DNA of 64,000 nucleotides from a bacterium (GTDB lineage Bacteria > Patescibacteriota > Minisyncoccia > Moranbacterales > UBA2206). The translations under genes were made by a program, and so were the position numbers. The notes under the pieces are model-generated. The model saw only the letters and a program-made list of their open reading frames with translations. It was not told the origin of the DNA and did not search any database. Positions 45,722 to 55,400 of the stretch are shown one piece after another. Numbering within the stretch: position 1 is the first letter of the stretch; each line of letters opens with the position of its first letter. Where the stretch lies: assembly GCA_021785125.1 (NCBI GenBank), contig JAJYGF010000004.1:67124-131123 (forward strand). Reading direction: 5' to 3'.

Positions 45722-46099
45722 ATGCTACATTCATATAAGGATTTAATAGTTTGGCAAAGATCAATGGAATTGGTCGTAGAAGTGTATAAATTATGCGAGC
45801 AATACCCGAAAGAGGAGATTTATGGACTTACCTCTCAAACCAAAAGATCGGCCGTGTCTATTCCATCCAACATCGCTGAAGGCAGATTTAGAGGAACCAA
45901 AAAAGATTTTACTCAATTTTTAAGGATTGCTTATGCATCCGGTGCTGAATTGGAAACTCAAATTGAAATAGCTAAGAGATTAGGAAAAACAAAAAATTTA
46001 GATTATACAAAAGTTGACCAGCTGCTTTTAGAGGTTATGAAAATGTTAAACAAGATGATTCGTGGCATGAATCCTAAGCAAGCTAATGAAGCTAATTAA
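45722..46099 (+). CDS. Four-helix-bundle '23S rRNA intervening-sequence protein' family protein
   Basis: YKDLIVWQRSMELVVEVYKLCEQYPKEEIYGLTSQTKRSAVSIPSNIAEG is a near-consensus N-terminus of that family. Confidence 0.7.
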   Translation: MLHSYKDLIVWQRSMELVVEVYKLCEQYPKEEIYGLTSQTKRSAVSIPSNIAEGRFRGTKKDFTQFLRIAYASGAELETQIEIAKRLGKTKNLDYTKVDQLLLEVMKMLNKMIRGMNPKQANEAN

Positions 46100-46116
46100 C
46101 TAACGAAGCTAACTAT

Positions 46117-46998
46117 ATGCCAGAACTGCCAGAAGTCCAAACCATCGTCAATGACCTGAATAAAAAAATTGCCGGCGATACGATCGTTGATTTTTCATCG
46201 GAATGGCCGAAGGCCATCAAGAACGTGAAACTTCCGGCGTTCAAGAAAGCGATCATCGGCGCCAAGATCAAAGCGGCGCATCGCATCGGAAAAAATATAT
46301 TCATCGATCTTTCCAATGAGAAGACGATTTACATACATTTGAAGATGACCGGACATCTTTTGGTTAAGTATCAAGTATCAAGCATAAAGTATAAAGCAAA
46401 GGAGAAGGATTACTTTGATGACAGGGTCAATCAATATATCAGGCATAGATGGACATTAAAAGGTAGAAATGGAAAAATAAAGTCTATGGATTTTTCCGAC
46501 GTGCGGAAATTTGCCAAGATCGTTTTGACCGACACGGATAAGATCAAAGAGATTCCCGAGATAAAAGCGCTCGGCATCGATGCGATGAGTCCGGAATTCA
46601 CATTCAAAAAATTCAATGAGATTCTGGAAAAGAAAAAAAATATGCCGATCGGATTGCTGTTGATGGATCAAAGCACGATCGCCGGAATTGGAAACATATA
46701 TCGCAGTGAAATTTTGTTTGAGGCCGGAATCCTGCCGGGAAGAAAAGTTGCATCGCTTTCGGGCCAGGAACGTATTAAATTGTATAAGTCCATCAAAAAA
46801 ATTATGGAAAAAGCCATAAAATTGCGCGGAACATCAGATTCCGATTATCGCGACACCGCCGGTGCGCCGGGCGGATTCCAAAAAGTCCTGCGCGTATATC
46901 GCAAGCAGGGTGAAAAATGCCAGAAGTGTGGTACAATAGTGATACGCAAAGCGATCGGACAAAGAAGCGCATTCTTCTGTCCGGCATGCCAAAAATAA
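46117..46998 (+). CDS. mutM: Formamidopyrimidine/endonuclease VIII-family DNA glycosylase (Fpg/Nei)
   Basis: MPELPEVQT (Pro2 nucleophile, Glu3), H2TH, and a C-terminal zinc finger CQKCGTIVIRKAIGQRSAFFCPAC. Confidence 0.85.
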   Translation: MPELPEVQTIVNDLNKKIAGDTIVDFSSEWPKAIKNVKLPAFKKAIIGAKIKAAHRIGKNIFIDLSNEKTIYIHLKMTGHLLVKYQVSSIKYKAKEKDYFDDRVNQYIRHRWTLKGRNGKIKSMDFSDVRKFAKIVLTDTDKIKEIPEIKALGIDAMSPEFTFKKFNEILEKKKNMPIGLLLMDQSTIAGIGNIYRSEILFEAGILPGRKVASLSGQERIKLYKSIKKIMEKAIKLRGTSDSDYRDTAGAPGGFQKVLRVYRKQGEKCQKCGTIVIRKAIGQRSAFFCPACQK

Positions 46999-47059
46999 TA
47001 ATCTTTATGAATTTACGGATCGCGTATGAAAATACGGATCGCGGATTCTAAAAATTAAG

Positions 47060-48253
47060 ATGAGCAATAAAAACAAAATAATCATTGCGGCTGTCGTAAT
47101 TGCAATAGTCATAGGGGGAGGTTATTTGATCTCCAAATCCAAAAAAAGCGCGGTCAAGCAGATCAGTCTCAACAACGGTCAGACGACATATCCTTTGGCC
47201 AATCAGGGCAATGTGGATCCGATCACGGGCATAGCTTGCGACAATTGGAACAAGCGTCCGGTGGCGGTGATGCAACCGACCGATCCGACAGCTCGCCCGG
47301 CGGCCGGACTTTCCCAAGCTGACATGGTTTTCGAAATGCCGATCTTTACCAACTCCAACACCCGTCTCATGGGTGTTTATGGTTGCAACATTCCCAACCA
47401 GATCGGATCGATGCGGAGCGGGCGGCATGATTATATTCCGCTGGCGGCCAGCCTCGATGCGGTCTATGTCCACTGGGGAGGTTCGGTTTTCAATCAGAGC
47501 CTTATGAAAAAGAATGTCATCAATCAGGTGGATTGTCTCCAGTACAGCTGTTCCGGAGCAAATTGCATGGGGAAATATTGCAACCGTTGGCCAGAAGCTG
47601 GGGGGTTGCAGTTTGAAGACACCGGCTATACGACAAATACGCAGCTGATGCAGGCTGAAAAAGATTTAGGTTTCAGCACCAAGAACACCTTCGCCGGTTA
47701 TCCACATCAAGGCGATGCGCCGATTGATCAGCGGCCGAATGGCGGAACGCTGCATTTGGCTTATCCGAAGCCTTATCAGGTAAATTTCACTTACGATAAG
47801 AATACCAACAGCTATCTTCGCAGCTGGAACAATACGCCGGACACGGACAAAAATAACGGTCAGCGCATAGCTCCGAAGAATATAGTGGTAATGTTTGCGC
47901 AAGATTCGCAGATAAAATTGGCTGACGAACAGACTTATGTCCAAGATGGGCTTATGGATCCCTGGTCGCTGGTGCCGAAAGCTGATCAGGCCGGCATCGA
48001 TTATGGCGGAGTGGGACGTTACAACAATCTTGAGATCGGCGATCCTTGGTTCGATACGACCGACAGTGGCGACGCATATTTCTATTTCAACGGCCAACAA
48101 TACCACGGAACCTGGAAGAAGGATAAATCCAGCATTGATAGCAAGCTGACTTTTTACAATCAGGACGGCAGTGAAGTGAAATTCGTGCCCGGCCAAGTCT
48201 GGGTGGATGTCATGGAGCCGGGCCAAGGCATGCACTGGACGCCAGCCAGCTAG
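47060..48253 (+). CDS. DUF3048 (YerB-like) family secreted/lipoprotein-like protein
   Basis: N-terminal TM/signal, then PITGIACDNWNKRPVAVMQPTDPTARPAAGLSQADMVFEMPIFTNSNTRLMGVY matching the DUF3048 N-domain. Confidence 0.6.
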   Translation: MSNKNKIIIAAVVIAIVIGGGYLISKSKKSAVKQISLNNGQTTYPLANQGNVDPITGIACDNWNKRPVAVMQPTDPTARPAAGLSQADMVFEMPIFTNSNTRLMGVYGCNIPNQIGSMRSGRHDYIPLAASLDAVYVHWGGSVFNQSLMKKNVINQVDCLQYSCSGANCMGKYCNRWPEAGGLQFEDTGYTTNTQLMQAEKDLGFSTKNTFAGYPHQGDAPIDQRPNGGTLHLAYPKPYQVNFTYDKNTNSYLRSWNNTPDTDKNNGQRIAPKNIVVMFAQDSQIKLADEQTYVQDGLMDPWSLVPKADQAGIDYGGVGRYNNLEIGDPWFDTTDSGDAYFYFNGQQYHGTWKKDKSSIDSKLTFYNQDGSEVKFVPGQVWVDVMEPGQGMHWTPAS

Positions 48254-48352
48254 CTGATAGGTATTGTAGCTCATAGAAAGCCCTGAAACACGGGCTTTTT
48301 AGTTTGTTTGAAATAAGATATACTAAAACCTATAAGCTATAATCTATCACTG

Positions 48353-49321
48353 ATGATACTTTTTTTATACGGTGAAGACTCGTTTCGCTCGAACCAAAAA
48401 ATGCGAGAACTGAAAAATAAATTTCTTATGTCGGATCATTCCGGCAGCGGCTTGTCCGTTTTTGATTATGAAGAAAAAAATCAAAAACAGAATCTGGTCG
48501 ATGTTCTCGGCACGCCGAATCTTCTGGCGCCGAAAAGGTTGGTGATCGTAAAGAACCTACTTTCAGCCGGCACAGAAACCGAAAAGAAAGAGATTGTCGG
48601 ATATCTGGAGCGGCGGAAGGAAGAGATCCGGGAAGACAAAGATCTCATCATAGTGTTTTGGGAAAAAGATCGGCCGAAAAAGAGCGACAAGCTGCAAGCT
48701 GTTTTGGAAAGTGCCGCCAAGATTCAGAAATTCGAAAAACTCAACGGCTTGAAGTTGGGCCAGTGGATCGCAAGGAGGATAAAGGAAATCGATCCGAGAT
48801 GCGGCATTTCCAGAATCGCTTTGGAAAAGCTGATTTTATATGTCGGAAACGATATCGCGGACGCGGATAGGGAAATTGAAAAGCTGGCCAATTATGCGGC
48901 CGGACGAATGATCAAAGGGGAAGACGTGGAACTTTTGGTTAAGGCGGATCTGAATGTGAATATATTCAATACGATTGATGCTTTGGCTGAAAACGACAAG
49001 AAGAGAGCGGCGCATTTGTTGCAGGAGCATTTGTCCAAAGGCGAGGATCCGTTCTATGTATTTTCCATGTTCATTCATCAATTCAGGAATCTTCTTAAAG
49101 TGACTGATCTGAAAGAGCAATATCGCAGCAATGAGTTTGCGATCGCCAAAGCGTCCGGTCTGCATCCGTTCGTAGTCAAAAAAAGCTTGGCGCAACTTAG
49201 AAATTTTTCTTCGGAGAAATTAAAAAAGATTTATCAAAAGCTGCAAGATTATGACATTCGAATCAAGACGGGAAAGATAGATATCAGATTGGCGCTGAAT
49301 AAATTTATCGCGGAACTCTAA
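48353..49321 (+). CDS. holA: DNA polymerase III delta subunit
   Basis: MILFLYGEDSFRSNQKMRELKNKF...KRLVIVKN. Arranged convergently with rpsT, the typical order. Confidence 0.8.
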   Translation: MILFLYGEDSFRSNQKMRELKNKFLMSDHSGSGLSVFDYEEKNQKQNLVDVLGTPNLLAPKRLVIVKNLLSAGTETEKKEIVGYLERRKEEIREDKDLIIVFWEKDRPKKSDKLQAVLESAAKIQKFEKLNGLKLGQWIARRIKEIDPRCGISRIALEKLILYVGNDIADADREIEKLANYAAGRMIKGEDVELLVKADLNVNIFNTIDALAENDKKRAAHLLQEHLSKGEDPFYVFSMFIHQFRNLLKVTDLKEQYRSNEFAIAKASGLHPFVVKKSLAQLRNFSSEKLKKIYQKLQDYDIRIKTGKIDIRLALNKFIAEL

Positions 49322-49363
49322 AATAAAAAGCACCCTCCGGGGCGCTTTTTATATTTCAAGAAT

Positions 49364-49633
49364 TTATTTCTTTACGATCGCTTTGATGGCTTTATTCAGT
49401 CTGGATTTTTTTCGGGCGGCGGTATTTTTGTGGATCACATTTTTTTGGGCCGCTTTGTCCAAGGCTTTGAAAGCTTTTTTGGCCCATTCCTGGGCGGTTT
49501 TCGCGTCATTTTTGGAGATCGCTTCGGCGGATTTTTTGATCGCGCTCCTGAAAAGACCTTTCGTTTTTTTGTTTATTTCGGTCTTTCTGGCAGTCACCCG
49601 CATGTATTTTTTGGCGGATTTTTTGATCGGCAT
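49364..49633 (-). CDS. rpsT: 30S ribosomal protein S20
   Basis: MPIKKSAKKYMRVTARKTEINKKTKGLFRSAIKK... Confidence 0.9.
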   Translation of the reverse strand: MPIKKSAKKYMRVTARKTEINKKTKGLFRSAIKKSAEAISKNDAKTAQEWAKKAFKALDKAAQKNVIHKNTAARKKSRLNKAIKAIVKK

Positions 49634-49850
49634 AATGATTTGTTATGTCTAGTTTGTTATATTTACATAACCATTTGCAAGATCGAGACTTTTCCCGCGC
49701 ATGGCCGTAACAATTAATTATTAGCACGGCGAGCTTATTTTGGCAAGGACTTGCGGCAGACGGGCTTTATAGTCTGATAAATGCTGTATGAGCGGTGGGG
49801 GACCACTCTTTTTATTTGTGAAAAAACTGTAAAGTGGTAAAATTGACATC

Positions 49851-50423
49851 ATGATAGCCAAGATAAAGGGCAAAATCGAATACGCTAAAGACAAATACGT
49901 CGTGGTGGATGTGAACGGGGTCGGATACAAAATATTTTTGACGACGTATGCTTTGGGCAAAGTGGCCGGCCAGGAACAGGCGGATTTTTTCATCCATACT
50001 TATGTCCGGGAAGACGCAATCGATCTGTACGGTTTCTTGAATATGGAGGAATTAGACATGTTCGAGCTTTTGATCTCCATTTCCGGCATTGGTCCGAAAG
50101 CCGGACTGGGAATACTTTCAATCGCTACGCCCAAAACGATCAAAACCGCTATTTTGAATGAAGATTCATCCATTTTGACCAAAGTTTCCGGTGTGGGCAA
50201 GAAAACGGCCGAGAGAGTCATTTTGGAACTGCGGAACAAAGTGGCCGATCTGCCGGAGGGCGAGAAAGAAGGCACGGTTTCCGATGCGGACGCGATCGAG
50301 GCTCTGATCTCGATGGGATATTCCGTGACGGAGGCGCGGGATGCTTTGAAACTAGTGTCGAAAGACGTGACGGATATTGGACAAAGAGTGGGCTTGGCGC
50401 TCAAAAATTTAGGCAAAAAATAA
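49851..50423 (+). CDS. ruvA: Holliday junction DNA helicase RuvA
   Basis: MIAKIKGKIEY...VVDVNGVGYKIF, HhH motifs ISGIGPKAG and VSGVGKKTAERV, and a C-terminal domain III. Confidence 0.9.
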   Translation: MIAKIKGKIEYAKDKYVVVDVNGVGYKIFLTTYALGKVAGQEQADFFIHTYVREDAIDLYGFLNMEELDMFELLISISGIGPKAGLGILSIATPKTIKTAILNEDSSILTKVSGVGKKTAERVILELRNKVADLPEGEKEGTVSDADAIEALISMGYSVTEARDALKLVSKDVTDIGQRVGLALKNLGKK

Positions 50424-50425
50424 TC

Positions 50426-51376
50426 ATGGATGACAAGCTAAAATTTATCCAGCAAAACTCTCCGGACGGAGGTTTTTTGCAATCGGAAGAATGGCGCGAA
50501 TTTCAGGAAGCGACCGGCAAAAAAACTTTTCACATTGAAAGTGAGAATTTTTGGGCGAATATCATTGAGCATGAGCTGCCGATCGTCGGCAGATATTTTT
50601 ATATCCCGCGCGGGCCGATCATCGGTGAAGAAGAACAGACGAACAGCGAGCAGAAAATGGAAGAAATCATCGCTCTGGCCAAGCGGGAGGGTGCCGGCTG
50701 GATCAGGATTGATGAGAAGAATGGATATGACGGGATCAAGGCGCCGCATGATATGCAGCCGCAAGAAATTTTTATCATTGATCTGACCAAATCAGAGGAA
50801 CAGCTGCTGGCCGAAATGAAACCTAAGACCAGATATAATATCAAGCTGGCCGAAAAAAAGAATGTAGAAGTTCTGGTCTATGATAAAAAAACGGCCGGAA
50901 AAAATTTGGACAAATTTTATTCTTTGGTTGAGATTACTGCCGAGAGGCAAGGAGTAAATTTTCACGCAAAAGAATATTATGAAAAGATGTTGGAAACAAT
51001 TCCGGCAGAAAATCTGAAATTATATTGCGCGGAATATGGCGGGCAAATAGTCGCGGCCAACATAATGGTTTTCTATGGCGACACTGTCACATATCTGCAT
51101 GGCGCTTCGGATGACAGGTCCCGCAATGTGATGGCACCGTATCTTCTGCAGTGGCGGCAGATCCAAGATGCAAAAGGATCCGGCGCGACAAGATATGACT
51201 TCGGCGGAGTAAAAATAAATTCCAAAGAAAATAAATGGGCGGGCCTAACCCGTTTCAAGCTCAGTTTTTCGCCCAGCACCGAGCCGATTGAATTTTCCGG
51301 CAGCTATGATATTGTGGTAAATCCTATGAAATATTATATGTATCGGATTATCCAAAAAGTAAAGAGTTATCTATGA
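50426..51376 (+). CDS. FemAB-family aminoacyltransferase (peptidoglycan interpeptide-bridge type)
   Basis: KPKTRYNIKLAEKK...YLHGASDDRSRNVMAPYLLQWRQIQDAKGSGATRYDFGGV. Confidence 0.7.
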   Translation: MDDKLKFIQQNSPDGGFLQSEEWREFQEATGKKTFHIESENFWANIIEHELPIVGRYFYIPRGPIIGEEEQTNSEQKMEEIIALAKREGAGWIRIDEKNGYDGIKAPHDMQPQEIFIIDLTKSEEQLLAEMKPKTRYNIKLAEKKNVEVLVYDKKTAGKNLDKFYSLVEITAERQGVNFHAKEYYEKMLETIPAENLKLYCAEYGGQIVAANIMVFYGDTVTYLHGASDDRSRNVMAPYLLQWRQIQDAKGSGATRYDFGGVKINSKENKWAGLTRFKLSFSPSTEPIEFSGSYDIVVNPMKYYMYRIIQKVKSYL

Positions 51377-52614
51377 AAAAATTAATTCCACAAAGCATAA
51401 AAAATATCTATCATCTTGGCCAAGCTGTTTTGGCGAATGTTATTTACGGTTTTCCATCCAAAAAGATCAAAGTGATCGGCGTGACCGGCACGGACGGCAA
51501 GACCACAACCTGCCAGATGGTAGCCAAGATTTTGGAAGAAGCCGGCCACAAAGTCGCCATGGCGTCCACGATCAATTTCCGGATCAATGGCACCGAGCAA
51601 AAAAATCTGTCGCATTTCACAACCCTGTCTTCCTTTGCGGTGCAAAAATTTACCAAACAAGCGGTGGAGACCGGCTGTGAATATCTGGTTCTGGAAACAT
51701 CTTCCCATTCTTTGGATCAGCATCGGGTGTGGGGAATAGGATATAAGACCACGGTGATTACAAACGTGACCCGCGAACATCTGGATTATCACAAGACGAT
51801 GGAAAAATATCGGGCGGCCAAGGCTAAACTTTTTCGAAAAGCCCAGACAGCCATCGTCAATCTGGATATGGAAAATCCGCAAGAATTTTTGCAATTTGAT
51901 AATCCGCAAAAAATTACATACAGCCTGAAAGACAAAAAAGCGGATTATTTGGCGGAGAATATTGAAAGTGGCATGCGAGGATCTGAATTTCAGATAAAAG
52001 GAACTAGATTTAATTTGAATATTGCAGGTGAATTTAATGTGGAAAACGCACTGGCTGCGATCTGTGTGGGTGTGTCAGAAAATGTAAGTCTGGAAAAATG
52101 CGCCGGGGCACTGGAAAAAATTCAGGGCATTCCCGGCAGATTGGAAAACGTGCCGAATGGCAAAGGGATCAACATTATCGTAGATTTTGCCTTGACGCCG
52201 GATGCCATGGAAAAATTGTATCAATTTATCACGCACACAAAAAAGACCGGAGCCAAATTGATTGCTGTTTTCGGGGCTTGTGGTGAAAGGGATCGCGGCA
52301 AACGGCCGCTGATCGGCAAGATCGCTTCTCAATATGCTGACGGGATCATAATTACCAATGATGAACCTTATTCCGAAGATCCGGACCAAATCATCCAAGA
52401 AATTGTGAAGGGTGTTGAAAACAGGAAGGATAATGAAAGCTTCTGGATCATTCCAGACAGAAGACAGGCGATCAAAAAAGCTTTGGAGCTAGCTCAATCG
52501 GATGATGTGGTAGCGGTAACCGGTATGGGCGCGGAAGAGTCAATGGTGGTGAAAGGTCAGAAAATCCCGTGGAATGACAAGCGGGTGATTTTGGAAGAGT
52601 TGGACAGACTGTAA
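51373..52614 (+). CDS. Mur-ligase-family protein (central ATPase plus C-terminal domains; no UDP-binding N-domain)
   Basis: P-loop IGVTGTDGKTTT, then TNVTREHLDYHKTMEKYRAAKAKLF, then GGKLDFDA-like LIAVFGACGERDRGKRP. The ATGA start overlaps the femAB-like stop. Confidence 0.7.
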   Translation: MKKLIPQSIKNIYHLGQAVLANVIYGFPSKKIKVIGVTGTDGKTTTCQMVAKILEEAGHKVAMASTINFRINGTEQKNLSHFTTLSSFAVQKFTKQAVETGCEYLVLETSSHSLDQHRVWGIGYKTTVITNVTREHLDYHKTMEKYRAAKAKLFRKAQTAIVNLDMENPQEFLQFDNPQKITYSLKDKKADYLAENIESGMRGSEFQIKGTRFNLNIAGEFNVENALAAICVGVSENVSLEKCAGALEKIQGIPGRLENVPNGKGINIIVDFALTPDAMEKLYQFITHTKKTGAKLIAVFGACGERDRGKRPLIGKIASQYADGIIITNDEPYSEDPDQIIQEIVKGVENRKDNESFWIIPDRRQAIKKALELAQSDDVVAVTGMGAEESMVVKGQKIPWNDKRVILEELDRL

Positions 52615-52861
52615 AAATTTTTATACCATTAGTCTAGTTTTTAGGGGAATCCCAATTCGGAACACGAATCTGCGGGATTGATTGTGAATAGCAACCTCTG
52701 GGCAAGCGGCTGCCCATACAAAAGGTGGAAAGGAGAGCAGAACCATGAAACGCTTAGTAGCCATATCCGCGTAGCCCGAGGCGCTGCAAGAAGAAGTGTT
52801 CAGATCACTCAAAAAACTGGCGACAAAGTTCTTTATTATAGGAAATAATTAATACAAAAAA

Positions 52862-52921
52862 GCGGGTGGAGTCACGACGCTCCGCCCGCCAAGTCGCAAG
52901 TCCTCAACAAAGGACTTTTTA
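52862..52921. terminator. Back-to-back terminators serving the convergent genes (A6 then hairpin for the minus strand; hairpin then T5 for the plus strand)
   Basis: aaaaaaGCGGGTGGAGtcacgacgCTCCGCCCGC ... AAGTCCtcaacaaAGGACTTttt. Confidence 0.55.
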
Positions 52922-52923
52922 TA

Positions 52924-53361
52924 TTACAAAATTTTAATAAGGATTACTGTCAAAACAAAACCCAGAATCCCTCCGACGATCACTTCGCTCACGCGATGGC
53001 CCATCCTTTCTTTGAGGCGGGGGAATTGGCTGGCATCGACGTGGAGCTGGCTGACCAGCATGTTCAAGTAGCGGCCTTGATCGCCCATATACATGCGAAG
53101 CCTGACAGCATCATCGATGATGATGAAGGCGAGTGCGAAAGCGACCGCAAAAGCTCCGGTATGCACGCCTTCGTAATATCCGATGGACGTCAGGAGAGAC
53201 ACGGCGAATCCGGTGTGGGCGCTCGGCATATGTCCGTGCGTGAAGGCATAGTTCCAATGCAAGCCGTGCTTGGCGGAATAAATGATGAATTTGAGCAATT
53301 GGGTAATGATTCCAACTGCAATCGGGATTATTACGACCAAGTAAGGCGATATTGCTTCCAT
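52924..53361 (-). CDS. Divergent PAP2-family (DUF212-like) membrane protein
   Basis: HWNYAFTHGHMPSAHTGFAVSL (PAP2 motif 2/3-like) and four TM segments. Confidence 0.55.
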   Translation of the reverse strand: MEAISPYLVVIIPIAVGIITQLLKFIIYSAKHGLHWNYAFTHGHMPSAHTGFAVSLLTSIGYYEGVHTGAFAVAFALAFIIIDDAVRLRMYMGDQGRYLNMLVSQLHVDASQFPRLKERMGHRVSEVIVGGILGFVLTVILIKIL

Positions 53362-53471
53362 TATAATTCCTTGTTTAAAACATTAGCTATTTTAAGTATA
53401 GCATAAATGGATGTTTTTGCTATTTTCTCAAAAGTGGTAAAATGAATTTATAACCATTAAAACTAAAAACT

Positions 53472-54017
53472 ATGGGGTTGATATTATTAATAATTCTTAT
53501 CGTCCTGGTTGTTTGGGCGGTGGCAATATATAACGGTCTGATCAGATTGAAAAACCGTGTAGATGAAGCGTGGAGCGACATCGATGTCCAGCTCAAAAGA
53601 AGGCACGATCTGATTCCGAACCTGGTCAACACGGTCAAAGGTTATGCGGCGCATGAAAAAGAAGTTTTTGAAAAAGTGACCGAAGCCAGAACCCAAGCCA
53701 TGGGCGCGCAATCGGCGGATGACAAAGCCAAGGCGGAAAACGCTTTGAGCGGAACGTTGAAAAGTTTGTTTGCGGTGGCGGAAAATTATCCGGACTTGAA
53801 AGCCAACCAGAATTTTTTGGAACTGCAAAGGGAATTGACCGACACGGAAGACAAGATCCAAGCCGCCCGCCGTTTCTACAATGGAAATGTGCGAGATTTC
53901 AATATCAAAATCGAAGTTTTTCCGACTAATATCTTTGCGGGCATGTTGCATTTTTCCAAGCGTGATTTCTTCCAAGCGGATGAAAGCGAAAAAGAAAATG
54001 TCAACGTCCAGTTTTAA
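53472..54017 (+). CDS. lemA: LemA family protein
   Basis: N-terminal TM, then YNGLIRLKNRVDEAWSDIDVQLKRRHDLIPNLVNTVKGYAAHEKEVFEKVTEAR (near-consensus LemA). Confidence 0.85.
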   Translation: MGLILLIILIVLVVWAVAIYNGLIRLKNRVDEAWSDIDVQLKRRHDLIPNLVNTVKGYAAHEKEVFEKVTEARTQAMGAQSADDKAKAENALSGTLKSLFAVAENYPDLKANQNFLELQRELTDTEDKIQAARRFYNGNVRDFNIKIEVFPTNIFAGMLHFSKRDFFQADESEKENVNVQF

Positions 54018-54026
54018 CATACGCAC

Positions 54027-54923
54027 ATGTCAACTTTATATAATCAAGCGGATAGGAATGTCCGCCTAACTTGGATTTATATCACCGGCTTTTTGGTTTT
54101 TGTCATCGGGGTCGGCTATGTTTTTGCTGGCGCGATGAACAATAGCTTGATCTTGTATATCGCGGTCATCTTCTCGATCGTCATGAGTTTTGCTTCCTAT
54201 TGGTGGAGCGACAAGATCGTACTGGCGATGAGCAAGGCCAAGCCGGTTACTTTGGAAAATAATCGGGAAATATATCACATTGTTGAAAATCTGTGCATCA
54301 CGGCCGGATTGCCGGTACCGAAAATTTATGTGATCGAAGACAGCGCGCCGAATGCTTTCGCAACCGGACGTGATCCAAAACACGGCGTGATCTGCATGAC
54401 CACTGGCATAATTGGTAAGCTGGAAAAATCGGAATTGGAAGGCGTGATCGCGCATGAATTGTCACATATTGGCAATCGCGACATATTGCTCTCGACCGTG
54501 GTCGTTGTTCTGGTCGGTTTTGTGGCGCTTTTGGCGGATTGGTTCCGCAATTGGGCCTTTTGGGGCGGCCGGGGAAGAGATAACAACGAAGACGGGCAGC
54601 TCCAGATGGTTCTGATGGTTGGTGCCATCGCGCTTTCGATCTTGGCGCCGATCGCGGCCGTTCTTATACAGCTCGCGATTTCCAGAAAGAGGGAATTTTT
54701 GGCGGATGCGGACGGAGCACTTCTCACGAGATATCCGGAAGGTCTGGCACGGGCATTGGAAAAAATTTCCGCCGATCCGAAGCCGCTGGATGAAGCCAAT
54801 CGCGCGACCGCGCATCTTTTCATCGTCAATCCGTTCAAGGGCAAAAAGATTTCCACGCTTTTCATGACCCACCCGCCGATTGAAGATCGCATTAAGGCGC
54901 TTCGCGGGATGGATATAAAGTAA
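54027..54923 (+). CDS. htpX: M48-family (HtpX-like) zinc metalloprotease
   Basis: HELSHIGNRD (HExxH), four TM segments, C-terminal MTHPPIEDRIKAL. The LemA-M48 pairing is a known conserved dyad. Confidence 0.8.
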   Translation: MSTLYNQADRNVRLTWIYITGFLVFVIGVGYVFAGAMNNSLILYIAVIFSIVMSFASYWWSDKIVLAMSKAKPVTLENNREIYHIVENLCITAGLPVPKIYVIEDSAPNAFATGRDPKHGVICMTTGIIGKLEKSELEGVIAHELSHIGNRDILLSTVVVVLVGFVALLADWFRNWAFWGGRGRDNNEDGQLQMVLMVGAIALSILAPIAAVLIQLAISRKREFLADADGALLTRYPEGLARALEKISADPKPLDEANRATAHLFIVNPFKGKKISTLFMTHPPIEDRIKALRGMDIK

Positions 54924-54962
54924 AAACAAAAGAATGGGTCATGCCCGTTCTTTTATTAGGCT

Positions 54963-55400
54963 ATGCAATTTAAACTTCCCAAAAACAACGACAAATATCA
55001 GTGGACGCTTCATTCTGTCGAGAAGATGAAATACTACGGTCTATCAGAGCAGAAAGTTTTGGGCATCATCCGCCGACCGAAAAGAAAAGAGGAAGGCATC
55101 GTGAAAAATACGATCGCGGTCATGCAACCCGTTTCACCGAAGCTGGATAAGGATGGCAAAACTATCTGGAAGCAGGAAATCTGGGCCATGTACCAAACCT
55201 CGCTGAAGCGAGGAATTTCCAAATCCCAATTTTCAATTTCCAAACAAAATAAAAATTCAAAAATACAAAACCTTCAAAAGTTATTGCATCCGGACAGGAT
55301 AAAAATCATCAGCGCCTGGCGCTATCCCGGCGTCAGTCCGCAAAATAATCCGGTTCCTGAAAGCATTCTGCGCGAACTGGCGGAAGCCGGTCTTGGGTGA
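54963..55400 (+). CDS. Hypothetical protein with an internal degenerate heptad-repeat-encoded low-complexity segment
   Basis: 145 aa. The segment ISKSQFSISKQNKNSKIQN is encoded by a degenerate (TTTCCAA)n array related to the one in tsaE. Confidence 0.35.
   Translation: MQFKLPKNNDKYQWTLHSVEKMKYYGLSEQKVLGIIRRPKRKEEGIVKNTIAVMQPVSPKLDKDGKTIWKQEIWAMYQTSLKRGISKSQFSISKQNKNSKIQNLQKLLHPDRIKIISAWRYPGVSPQNNPVPESILRELAEAGLG

Noticed and set aside
49634-49850. Small RNA between rpsT and ruvA (hairpin GAGCGGTGGGGGACCACTC followed by a T-run)
   Set aside because: The stem has mismatches. The region is most simply a divergent promoter pair, and no supporting conserved motif was seen.
52621-52812. 63-aa minus-strand ORF and a possible tmRNA in the Mur-ligase/PAP2 intergenic region
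   Set aside because: The ORF has no RBS, and its product is Cys/Ser-rich nonsense. No tRNA-like T-arm (GGUUCGAAUCC…CCA) or ANDENYALAA-type tag frame was found for tmRNA.
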